A model generated the notes under the pieces. That model was not told the origin of the DNA and ran no database searches. It was given only the letters and a program-made list of their open reading frames with translations. A stretch of DNA of 64,000 bases from contig JAVJQW010000047.1 in NCBI GenBank assembly GCA_040218735.1, positions 1 through 64,000 on the forward strand. The letters are read 5' to 3'. Source of the stretch: Deltaproteobacteria bacterium. GTDB taxonomy: Bacteria > Myxococcota > Kuafuiibacteriia > Kuafuiibacteriales > Kuafuiibacteriaceae. This document shows positions 1-8,069 of the stretch, piece by piece. The position numbers and the translations under genes were made by a program. Within the stretch, counting starts at the first letter, position 1; each line of letters opens with the position of its first letter.

Positions 1-77
1 CGTGGAGCTCGTTGAGGCGAAAACCGTCCCTTCAGTCTTCAGGGAGCTTGACGGCGAGCCCTGAGATGATGCGCGAT

Positions 78-143
78 GGCTAACATGATGTTGCAGTCTG
101 ACGGGCGGCTTCGCCGCCCGCAGCTGAACATCGGGTGTTAGAC
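78..143 (+). mobile_element. attC: integron attC site 1 (66 bp)
   Basis: R'' GGCTAAC (78-84) and R' GTTAGAC (137-143) flank an imperfect palindrome with central hairpin gggcggc-ttc-gccgccc. Same layout as three downstream sites. Confidence 0.85.
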
Positions 144-192
144 CGTCCAATCCCAGCACGAATCATCGTTTACACGAGGCTTGGTATCCGCC

Positions 193-1875
193 ATGGTCCC
201 ATCTATGCAGCTAGTGCATTCCATCGAGATTCGTGGTCTGCGATCGCTTCAGCAGGTGGAACTCGACGAGGTCGGGCACTTCACGTCGATCGTCGGAAAG
301 AACTCCGCGGGTAAGTCGAATGTACTCCGCGCGCTGAATCTTTTCTTCCACGGTGAAGTCGGTCCCGGTGAGCCGCTCATGTTCAGCCGGGACACGTTTC
401 GGGCGATTCCGCGAACCCGCAAGAAGAAGATGATTGAGGTAAAGGTTCGCTTCCGACTGCCGACCGCTTTCAACTTCCCCAAGCCTCTAAAGTCCAATCT
501 CGCAAAGCTAGGCAATGACTTCACAATCACGAGACGTTGGACGCTTAACAAGCAAGATCTACCAATCGACGAATTCGTGTTGGTCGGCATGACATCCGTG
601 GGCAATCAGCAGGAACTTGCTCAACAGTTTCTGAATCTTATTACGTTTCGCTACATCCCAAACCGCACGGTACCGGCACTTGTTCTGCGGGACGAAAGCA
701 GATCCCTTGCGAAGTCACTTCAGATTCGGCTCAAAGGTAAGGGCTCCGTCACCGACCTAGTTCAGGAGCTACAAACTGCTGCCGCTGCCTTCCTTCGACC
801 GGCATCCGTGTCGATGTCCGGTACGGGGGCACCACTTTCGGATCCTGCAGTTGCGGCCCCGAAGGAGCTCGGCGAACTCTTCTCCCTGGCGGGATTTCAG
901 GCGCGGGGTCGATCAGGCGACACGATTCGTGACGAGGACTGGGGATCAGGCCATCAGGCATTCTTTCTTTATCAGCTTCTCTACGCGCTGGACACACACT
1001 ACTCACGCTTCTTTGGCTGGAAACAGGCAACGATATGGGGCGTTGAGGAGCCGGAGTCAGGACTCCACCGGGAACTGGAGACGCGTCTAGCCGCGGAGCT
1101 GCGCGCGTGGACTCTCGATAAGCGTTCGAAGCTCCAGGTCCTGCAGACCACTCATTCACCTGTCTTCACCATGGCAGGCGACGCCGGCTATTGGGTTGAA
1201 CTTTCCGGGCCAAGCTCAAAGCTGACACGTAGCCCAATTCCGAGGCTCGTTCGTGACTCGGAGCTTCGCGGGGTTTCTGGATGGATACAGCCGATCCTCG
1301 CCTTCCCGACGAGTCCCGTTGTCCTTGTTGAGGGACCGATAGACGTTGACGTTCTCACCCACGTCGCTGAGACGGTCGGAAGGCCCGATATCAAGTTCCT
1401 TTGTTTGCCGCAGCTAGATCCTGCGGAGAAGGCTGGTGGAAAGGACTCGATCGTCACCTATATGAGGCGGCACGGTGGGCTTCTGGCTTCTCGCGCAGAG
1501 GGAGCGCCCTTGATCGTATTGCTCGACTGGGACGTCTCCGACCAAGAACTGGCAAAGGCACGCTCCGCATACGGTTCGAAGGGTTCGTTCGGCGTTGTCC
1601 GCCAAGACAAAACGATGTGCCACTCGCGGCTGGGCCCCAACTTTCGCGGAATCGAGCGATTCTATCCTCTTGAGGTTGTGCGCGACGCTATCTCAAGAGG
1701 TGAACTCGTGGCGGTCGACAGGCCACCATCGGAGATCTCAGTGGCGGCCGACAAGTTTACGACGGGGAAGAATGCACTGAAGACTCGTGTCTTGCAGCGA
1801 ACGTCATCGACCGGACTGGGCGCGGGATTGACCGGGCTGATAGCTCAGGTCGAAAAGGCATTGAAAGTGGTCTAA
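193..1875 (+). CDS. OLD-family-like ABC ATPase + TOPRIM nuclease (gene cassette 1, putative anti-phage)
   Basis: Walker A GKNSAGKS, GSGHQ signature, Walker B VEEPESGLH, TTHSP switch, TOPRIM LVEGPID and DWD. Stop codon lies inside the R'' box of attC2. Start uncertain (181/193/205). Confidence 0.8.
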   Translation: MVPSMQLVHSIEIRGLRSLQQVELDEVGHFTSIVGKNSAGKSNVLRALNLFFHGEVGPGEPLMFSRDTFRAIPRTRKKKMIEVKVRFRLPTAFNFPKPLKSNLAKLGNDFTITRRWTLNKQDLPIDEFVLVGMTSVGNQQELAQQFLNLITFRYIPNRTVPALVLRDESRSLAKSLQIRLKGKGSVTDLVQELQTAAAAFLRPASVSMSGTGAPLSDPAVAAPKELGELFSLAGFQARGRSGDTIRDEDWGSGHQAFFLYQLLYALDTHYSRFFGWKQATIWGVEEPESGLHRELETRLAAELRAWTLDKRSKLQVLQTTHSPVFTMAGDAGYWVELSGPSSKLTRSPIPRLVRDSELRGVSGWIQPILAFPTSPVVLVEGPIDVDVLTHVAETVGRPDIKFLCLPQLDPAEKAGGKDSIVTYMRRHGGLLASRAEGAPLIVLLDWDVSDQELAKARSAYGSKGSFGVVRQDKTMCHSRLGPNFRGIERFYPLEVVRDAISRGELVAVDRPPSEISVAADKFTTGKNALKTRVLQRTSSTGLGAGLTGLIAQVEKALKVV

Positions 1876-1933
1876 CTCGACGTTGCAGACTGACGGTCGG
1901 CTACGCCGCCGAAAGCAGAACGCCGAGTTGGAC
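1870..1933 (+). mobile_element. attC: integron attC site 2 (64 bp)
   Basis: GTCTAAC (1870-1876) ... GTTGGAC (1927-1933). ggtctaac is the exact complement of gttagacc at the 5' end of the same cassette. Confidence 0.85.
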
Positions 1934-1950
1934 CGGCAGAGGGGGATGAC

Positions 1951-2919
1951 GTGGTAGATCTTGAGAAGCTGAGTGACGAATACCGAGAACTATCGTCGGC
2001 TGCTGAGGCCTTGCGGCTTGAGGTAGTCCGGCAGCTTCAAATGGTCCTCGACAGCGCCGAGGTTTCCCCGGGCTTTCCGATTCAAAGCCGCGTCAAATCC
2101 TGGCCGTCAATCTCCGCGAAGATTGAGAGCGGAACGGTAAAGCTCAAGCGCCTTAGCGAATTACGCGACCTCGTGGGTGTTCGCGCCGTCTTCCTCTACA
2201 AGCGGGACTTGGCGAGAGCACGTACGTACATCAAGGGTGCATTCAGCGTTGAGAAGGAGATTGACACCTCCGACCGACTTCAAACGTCTACCCTTGGATA
2301 CCAGTCCATTCACCTAGTGCTGCGGATTCCAGACTCTTGGACCGACGTACCAAGCCTCACCGGCCTGGCTCGACTTCAGGTCGAGCTTCAGTTGAGGACC
2401 ATGGCTCAGCACATTTGGGCGGAGGCCTCCCGCCGGCTCCAGTACAAAGCCTCGGAGGGGGTTCCGCAGCATCTACAACGCGACATAAACCGAGTTTCAG
2501 CTGTTCTCGAACTGGTGGACCTTGAGTTTGAGCGAGTTCTGGCCGGAAGGGATGCTCATCGTTCGAAGGACCTAGTTGCGGACCCAAGACGACCAATAGA
2601 TGTGGACGTCCTCGAGACGCTGCAACAGGCCATTTGGCCGGAGGAAAACCGATCGTCGTCGGAGACCGAGATGCTCGCTGTACTTTTACAGGAGGTACGC
2701 GCCGAAGGTATCCGAACCGCCGGGGAACTAAAGGCCGTCCTTGAGATGCACAGAGATCGCGTAGTGGCCGAGGACCGCGAATACGCGGGGGAGGTCGCCG
2801 GGTACCGCGAGGTGGACGCCGATACCCGTGCTCGCGCCCGCCGCGGCGTGTACCTCACCCACGCTGGCCTAACGAGATCGGCGCTCAACCTTTACGACAA
2901 CGAGGCTTCGAATGGCTAA
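1951..2919 (+). CDS. RelA/SpoT-domain small alarmone synthetase-like protein (gene cassette 2)
   Basis: SYNTH motifs SRVKSWPSISAK, DLVGVR, GYQSIHLV, ELQLRTMAQHIWAE..LQYK. No HD hydrolase domain. Purine-rich RBS upstream. Confidence 0.85.
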   Translation: MVDLEKLSDEYRELSSAAEALRLEVVRQLQMVLDSAEVSPGFPIQSRVKSWPSISAKIESGTVKLKRLSELRDLVGVRAVFLYKRDLARARTYIKGAFSVEKEIDTSDRLQTSTLGYQSIHLVLRIPDSWTDVPSLTGLARLQVELQLRTMAQHIWAEASRRLQYKASEGVPQHLQRDINRVSAVLELVDLEFERVLAGRDAHRSKDLVADPRRPIDVDVLETLQQAIWPEENRSSSETEMLAVLLQEVRAEGIRTAGELKAVLEMHRDRVVAEDREYAGEVAGYREVDADTRARARRGVYLTHAGLTRSALNLYDNEASNG

Positions 2920-2966
2920 CCCAAGGGTGCTGCCAAATCGGCGGTCTAACTAGACAATGAAGACTG

Positions 2967-4981
2967 GTGCGCCGATGAAAACCGGTGAGAAGTAGCGAAT
3001 GAGAGAGTCGTACGGAAGCGGACGGGCGGTCCGCGTCCGGCCCCGAGTCATGCGTCCACGAGGTAACGACCTGGGCGAAGCGTTGACAGGGGTGCGTGTG
3101 GGCCTGGCTATCGAGCCACGAAATATTGTTAGTTCCGGTGCGCCGACGCAGTCAGTCTATGCGGAAGGCACAACCTCGACGCCGTCAACGCCAGGCGTCG
3201 CGGGACCGGCGGGGTCTAGGAACCAGGGCACGCACGTAGACTTCTTACACGGGAATCGGGAGATCCTCTGTTCGACCACGGCGGATGGCGTCGTGGTCCG
3301 CGTCGGGAACCCAAGTGGGGCACGCCGGCGATGACCGGGCGGAGGAAGTCGGACGGCTTCGTAGTACCGAAGAAGCGCGCGAACAACGAACGTGAGCACG
3401 GCCCCCGGGCCAGCCAGGGCTCGCTCTACACGGGCACGAAGGCGGAAACGCCTGACACCGACAAGAGCGAGCCTACCGCCGCCGGTGCCGCCGCACGGAC
3501 CGCGGAGCGCGTGGAGGGAAGGAAGCCCACCAAGGGGAACGCGGTGGAGTTGAACAGATCCCGGACGCAGCGCCGGGCTGATCTGCAAAGCAAGCTCGAT
3601 CGCGTACGTGCCGTCGCGCGACGCGACAAGGAGGAGAAGTTCACTGCGCTCTGGCACCACGTGTACGACGTCGACCGACTTCGGGAAGCGTACTTCGCGA
3701 TTCGGCGAAGCGCGGCCTCGGGGGTCGACGGCGTGACGTGGTCGGCGTACGGCCAGGACCTCGAGGCGAACCTCGCGGACTTGTCCAAACGCCTTCGACG
3801 CGGAGCGTATCGCGCTCGTCCGGTTCGGCGTGTCCACATCCCAAAGGGGAGCGGGGGCACGCGTCCCATCGGCGTCCCGGTGCTGGAGGACAAGATCGTC
3901 CAGCGCGCGACGTCGGAGGTCCTGAACGCGGTCTACGAGCAAGACTTCCTGGGTTTCTCGTACGGGTTCCGGCCTGGCCGGAAGCCGCACGACGCGCTGG
4001 ACGCGCTGTGGGTAGCGCTCCACGCGAGGAAGGTGAGCTACGTGCTCGACGCGGACATTCGTGGGTTCTTCGATGCCATCGACCACGGCTGTCTGATGCG
4101 ATTCGTCGAGCACCGGATCGGGGACGTCCGCGTGCATCGCCACATCAAGAAGTGGCTGAACGCGGGCGTATTCGAGGAAGATTATGTGAGAAGAGTGAAG
4201 GAAGGCACGCCGCAGGGAGGCTCAGTGAGCCCGCTGCTGGCGAACATCTACCTTCACTACGTGTTCGACCTTTGGATCGAGGACTGGCGTCGTCGACACG
4301 CCCGCGGTGAGGTCATCGTGGTGCGGTACGCCGACGACTTCGTCCTCGGCTTCCAGTATCGGTCGGATGCCGAGCGACTTCTTCGTGCGCTGAAGGAGCG
4401 ACTGGCGCAGTTCGCGCTGGAGCTCCACCCGGACAAGACGCGACTCATTGAGTTCGGCCGCTTCGCGGTACGGACGCGCGAGAAGCGTGGTCACGGAAAG
4501 CCGGAGACGTTCGACTTCCTGGGGTTCACACACTACTGCGGATGGACTCGCAACGGGAAATTCAACGTCAAGCGGCGCACGATTCGCGAACGCGTCCGCT
4601 CGAAACTGCGCGAGGTCAAGACGGAACTCACGCGCCGGATGCACGGGCCCGTCATCGAGATGGCCCGCTGGCTCCGGTCAGTCCTCGAAGGGCACTTCCG
4701 ATACTTCGGCGTGCCCGGTAATCAGCAAGCGATGAGTCGACTTCGGTACGAGGTGGTGCGCCTCTGGCGCCGCTGCCTCCGTCGACGAAGCCAGCGCACG
4801 CGCATGGCTTGGTCGGCGATCTGGAAGCTCGCGGATCGCTGGCTGCCCCTCCCGCGAGCCGTCCATCCCTATCCGTCGCAGAGGCTGCGCGTTGGAACCT
4901 GAGGTAGGAGCCCAGTGCGGGAAATCTGCTCGCTGGGATCTGTGCGGGGGGGCGTGGAGCGACCTACGTTCCTACCGCGAC
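2967..4981 (+). mobile_element. group II intron, full length, probably bacterial class E
   Basis: 5' GTGCG at 2967; EBS1 CAGTCT (3153-3158) complementary to exon AGACTG (2961-2966); domain V GAGCCCAGTGCGGGAAATCTGCTCGCTGGGATC at about 4908-4940; domain VI ending ...cctaccgcgAC at 4981; internal RT ORF. Confidence 0.92.
3331..4902 (+). CDS. ltrA: group II intron reverse transcriptase/maturase, no endonuclease domain
   Basis: IPKGSGGTRPIGVP, FSYGFRPGR, VLDADIRGFFD, GTPQGG, RYADDF, LHPDKTRLIEFGR, FDFLGFTH, maturase X domain. True start may be further downstream (about 3544-3583). Confidence 0.95.
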   Translation: MTGRRKSDGFVVPKKRANNEREHGPRASQGSLYTGTKAETPDTDKSEPTAAGAAARTAERVEGRKPTKGNAVELNRSRTQRRADLQSKLDRVRAVARRDKEEKFTALWHHVYDVDRLREAYFAIRRSAASGVDGVTWSAYGQDLEANLADLSKRLRRGAYRARPVRRVHIPKGSGGTRPIGVPVLEDKIVQRATSEVLNAVYEQDFLGFSYGFRPGRKPHDALDALWVALHARKVSYVLDADIRGFFDAIDHGCLMRFVEHRIGDVRVHRHIKKWLNAGVFEEDYVRRVKEGTPQGGSVSPLLANIYLHYVFDLWIEDWRRRHARGEVIVVRYADDFVLGFQYRSDAERLLRALKERLAQFALELHPDKTRLIEFGRFAVRTREKRGHGKPETFDFLGFTHYCGWTRNGKFNVKRRTIRERVRSKLREVKTELTRRMHGPVIEMARWLRSVLEGHFRYFGVPGNQQAMSRLRYEVVRLWRRCLRRRSQRTRMAWSAIWKLADRWLPLPRAVHPYPSQRLRVGT

Positions 4982-5045
4982 ACGGGGCTTCGCCCCGCAG
5001 CTTATCATCGGGTTGGACGGGCAGGCGGACAACGGGTCATCGTTC

Positions 5046-6158
5046 ATGGCTAATCTCCAAGGATACACCTTCCGCACGTTCTTCTCTTGGGCAAGCGAGC
5101 ACACCGCTACCAATACATCGATCATACGAAAGTCGATTGATCGTGCCCAGAAGAGACTCAAGGAAAGACGGAAAGTTGACTTCATTCGAGACGAGGCCAC
5201 GAGAGACCGTGCTGGCGCGGTCGATATCGTCGGCTCTCTGCTCGAGAAGATCGCGATGGCTGATGTCGTCGTCGCCGATATCACCTTCGCATCCAGAGGA
5301 CGCCCTCCAAACCCCAACGTTCTTTGGGAGCTAGGATATGCTTTCGGTCATCGGGGGCAGGATCGAATCATCACGGTATTCAATGAACACTACGGCTCAG
5401 TAAGCAGACTCCCGTTTGACATCAGAAACCTAAGGCATCTTATTTACAGAAAGTCTCGATTCGGCAGTAGAGACAAGGCTGTCGACGAGCTTGCGAATGG
5501 CCTCTATCTCGCGCTGAAGGCTGTCGTCGACAAGCGGCTTGAGAGGGAAGTGGAGGGATTTTCGAGGGATCTGGCATTGCTGCACAGCATCAAGAGCATT
5601 CCCCAGTCTCATAGATCCTTGAAGCTACTAGGTATTGAGAAGGAACTTCTGCTGAGCAGACTCGATGTGGCTCCGGAGCTCCCGGTATCTCTTACCACAG
5701 GGGCCGGCGCCCCAATGGCTCTTCTGCGTAATCTTATTGCGGCGCATGTCAACGGAGCATTCTCAGACAAGGAGGCCATGCTTCTTTCCAGTCATGCCGC
5801 CGAAACGATAGCGAGGCTGCGGCCGTATCTCCTGACTGGGCGCAGAGAGCGTGCTCTGCGCTCTCTTGAGGACGCTCAATCGATTCTCTACGGCGCGAGT
5901 GTTCTCGCCGCTCAACAAGAAACAAGGCTCGACGAGCAGTCTCTAGAAGGACTCCGGCGTCAGGCGCGGTCGTTCTCAATCTCCATTCTTGAGATCATTG
6001 GGTTGCCAACTGACTTCCTCGGGATTGATGAAGCCAATGAGCTACGGCGCTGCGCGGTCCGCCTCCTCGCTGCTAACGTGATGAGCGAAGAGGAACTACG
6101 GGCCGGCGTCTCAGAATGCATCTACGACGTAGGAATGGTGATGGAGCGCTTCTCTTGA
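5046..6158 (+). CDS. nucleoside 2-deoxyribosyltransferase/TIR-like domain protein (gene cassette 3)
   Basis: N-terminal FFSW..., ADVVVADIT, NPNVLWELGYA, LPFDIR motifs. Helical C-terminal part not recognised. Confidence 0.65.
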   Translation: MANLQGYTFRTFFSWASEHTATNTSIIRKSIDRAQKRLKERRKVDFIRDEATRDRAGAVDIVGSLLEKIAMADVVVADITFASRGRPPNPNVLWELGYAFGHRGQDRIITVFNEHYGSVSRLPFDIRNLRHLIYRKSRFGSRDKAVDELANGLYLALKAVVDKRLEREVEGFSRDLALLHSIKSIPQSHRSLKLLGIEKELLLSRLDVAPELPVSLTTGAGAPMALLRNLIAAHVNGAFSDKEAMLLSSHAAETIARLRPYLLTGRRERALRSLEDAQSILYGASVLAAQQETRLDEQSLEGLRRQARSFSISILEIIGLPTDFLGIDEANELRRCAVRLLAANVMSEEELRAGVSECIYDVGMVMERFS

Positions 6159-6168
6159 CCGGCGAGCC

Positions 6169-6217
6169 GTCCAACAGTCCGGTGAGGCTGACGCCGAGCT
6201 TACCGCAGGTGTTGGAC
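6169..6217 (+). mobile_element. attC: integron attC site 4 (very short, 49 bp)
   Basis: GTCCAAC (6169-6175) ... GTTGGAC (6211-6217); inner arms cggtgaggct / agcttaccg. ccgtccaac complements gttggacgg at the start of cassette 3. Confidence 0.7.
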
Positions 6218-6239
6218 GGACAAAATACGGATTCAGGAT

Positions 6240-6584
6240 TTGCAGGAGGTCGAAAACGAGATCGCTCGCGACCCGACATTCGTGGCGGTGGCGAATGGCG
6301 CAGTGGTTGGCTACGCTCAGGTTGGGGTTCAGTCTGGTGAGATTCTCGCTGTCTATGTTCGACCGAGTCATGTGCGAATGGGCGTAGGAGCCGCCGTACT
6401 GGCCGCGGCGGAGGAGTGTGCAGTGAGCTCCGGAGGAGTTTCCCTGTGGGTGGACGCGTCGCTCACAGCAGAACGGTTTTACGCGGCGCGAGGGTACAAG
6501 CGTCAGCATTCCACGTCGTTCGCTCTTGATTCCGAGGTTGAGTTGCCGTGCGTCAGGATGACTAAAACGCTGCCTTGTCGCTGA
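6240..6584 (+). CDS. GNAT acetyltransferase, apparently N-terminally truncated (last cassette)
   Basis: VYVRPSHVRMGVGAAVL acetyl-CoA motif, ASLTAERFYAARGY. Only 114 aa with a TTG start. Confidence 0.7.
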   Translation: MQEVENEIARDPTFVAVANGAVVGYAQVGVQSGEILAVYVRPSHVRMGVGAAVLAAAEECAVSSGGVSLWVDASLTAERFYAARGYKRQHSTSFALDSEVELPCVRMTKTLPCR

Positions 6585-6667
6585 TCCGCCGGGAGCGACC
6601 TCCTATCGAAACGCCTTCAATATTGAGGCACGCCAGAACTCTTCGAAGAGAGATAGAACGGAAGACG

Positions 6668-7006
6668 GTGCGCGCCCGAGTCCCGCTGCTGCTCGCGATC
6701 GCGAGTCTCCTGCTCGCCGGGTGCGGCGACCCTCCCCTCGAGTCATCCCCCGACTCCGGCTCCGCCGACGTCGAGTGCTGCCCGATTCAGGTTGAGACCA
6801 GCTGCTACCAAACAGGCGGCGCCAAGATGTTCGGCACGTGCTTCGCGTTCTGCGACTGCGGACCGGAAGCCTGGGACTACCAGACGGACCGCTTCGGATG
6901 CCCCGTCGCGATCCCCGACGGGCCACCCGTCTGCGCGACGCGGGACGCCGGACCACAGGAATCGCAAGACGCTGGGGGCGACGCCGGAGCCGACGGCGGC
7001 GACTGA
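6668..7006 (+). CDS. small Cys-rich lipoprotein
   Basis: Signal peptide with lipobox LAGC; 8 further Cys; DAG-repeat tail typical of myxobacterial lipoproteins. Confidence 0.55.
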   Translation: MRARVPLLLAIASLLLAGCGDPPLESSPDSGSADVECCPIQVETSCYQTGGAKMFGTCFAFCDCGPEAWDYQTDRFGCPVAIPDGPPVCATRDAGPQESQDAGGDAGADGGD

Positions 7007-7057
7007 GCGAAACCACGGATCCTCATCACCTTCCGGATCCGTGCTACGAGCGTCCCC

Positions 7058-7981
7058 GTGAACGGCCTCTTCGAGAAGCTCGACGCACGGCGCACCGGGA
7101 TTCGTCTCTACGGCATCGCGCCGCCGAAGCTGTCCACCGCCGCGGAGCGCGTTCGCGATATCGCCGCGCGCCAGGTCGCCCGCCTCCAAGCGCTCGGCCC
7201 CGACGGGCTCGTCGTCTACGACATCCAGGACGAGCCGGGCAGAACCGCGGAGCCACGCCCCTTCCCGTTCCTCCCGACGATCGACCCCGAGCACTACGCA
7301 CAAGAATCGCTCGCCGAGCTCTCAATCCCGAAGATCGTCTACCGCTGCGTGGGCGCCCGCCCCAAGCACGCCTTCTCGGACTGGATCGACCACGTCCAAG
7401 CCACCGCAGACCGCCGGCTCGGCGTCTTCGTCGGCGCCCCCCGCGCCGGGTCGCCCGGCCTCAAACTCACCGAGGCCTACGCGCTCGCGCGCGGCGCGCC
7501 CAACCTCGTCCTCGGCGGGATCGCGATCGCCGAGCGCCACGCCGCGAAGGAGGACGAACACCAACGGATGCTCGCCAAACAAGACCGCGGCTGCCGCTTC
7601 TTCATCACCCAGTCGGTGTACAACGCGGACTCCACGAAGTCGCTGCTCTCCGACTACGCGCTGGAGTCACAGGCCACCGACCGCGAGCCCGTCCCCGTCG
7701 TGCTTACGTTGTCGCCGTGCGGGTCGGTGCGCACGCTGCAATTCATGAAGTGGCTCGGCATCTCGTTCCCACGCTGGCTCGAAAACGAGCTGCGCCACTC
7801 CGCCGACACCCTCGAACGCTCCATCGACCTCTGCGAGAACGTCTTCGCCGACGTACAAGATTACGCGCGCGAGAAACAACTCCCCATCGGCATCAACGTG
7901 GAGAGCATCTCGATCCGTAAGGCGGAGATCGACGCGTCGGTCGAGCTCTACCAAAGACTGACCGCGCGCCTCGCTGACTAG
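7058..7981 (+). CDS. methylenetetrahydrofolate reductase-like FAD-linked oxidoreductase
   Basis: DGLVVYDIQDE, LGGIAIAERH, GCRFFITQSVY, LQFMKWLGI motifs. Confidence 0.7.
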   Translation: MNGLFEKLDARRTGIRLYGIAPPKLSTAAERVRDIAARQVARLQALGPDGLVVYDIQDEPGRTAEPRPFPFLPTIDPEHYAQESLAELSIPKIVYRCVGARPKHAFSDWIDHVQATADRRLGVFVGAPRAGSPGLKLTEAYALARGAPNLVLGGIAIAERHAAKEDEHQRMLAKQDRGCRFFITQSVYNADSTKSLLSDYALESQATDREPVPVVLTLSPCGSVRTLQFMKWLGISFPRWLENELRHSADTLERSIDLCENVFADVQDYAREKQLPIGINVESISIRKAEIDASVELYQRLTARLAD

Positions 7982-8069
7982 CTAGAGACGAACCCCAAAC
8001 GTTTCTCTTTGAAACAACCTCATCCTTGCCTCCCCCACCCGACCGAACGATCCTCCCGACATCGGCTAC

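Larger units (their letters stand above)
2944..5018 (+). mobile_element. attC: integron attC site 3, split by a group II intron (halves 2944-2966 and 4982-5018)
   Basis: Joining the flanks gives GTCTAACtagacaatgaagactg|acggggcttcgccccgcagcttatcatcggGTTGGAC (60 bp), which aligns with attC1 and attC2. Confidence 0.85.

Noticed and set aside
1-83. 3' end of an upstream cassette ORF
   Set aside because: Two frames are open (stops at 62-64 and 81-83); too short to choose a frame or assign a product.
2914-2943. Extra GGCTAAC at the SAS stop codon as a separate attC
   Set aside because: No matching R' or palindrome; at most a relic of an earlier site.
3157-4143. 328-aa antisense ORF over the intron, and the many other long overlapping ORFs in the track
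   Set aside because: Shadow ORFs expected in high-GC DNA: Arg/Ala/Pro-rich, no motifs, opposite or out of frame to well-supported genes.
3331-4902. RT as a retron, DGR or CRISPR-associated RT
   Set aside because: It has YADD, a maturase domain and flanking intron domains V/VI with exact exon junctions; no TR/VR pair, msr-msd or cas genes seen.
78-6217. attC repeats as a CRISPR array or REP elements
   Set aside because: Separated by whole genes, only partly similar, and bounded by integron core sites.
7984-8011. Possible terminator after the MTHFR-like gene
   Set aside because: The stem is short, imperfect and AT-rich; not convincing.
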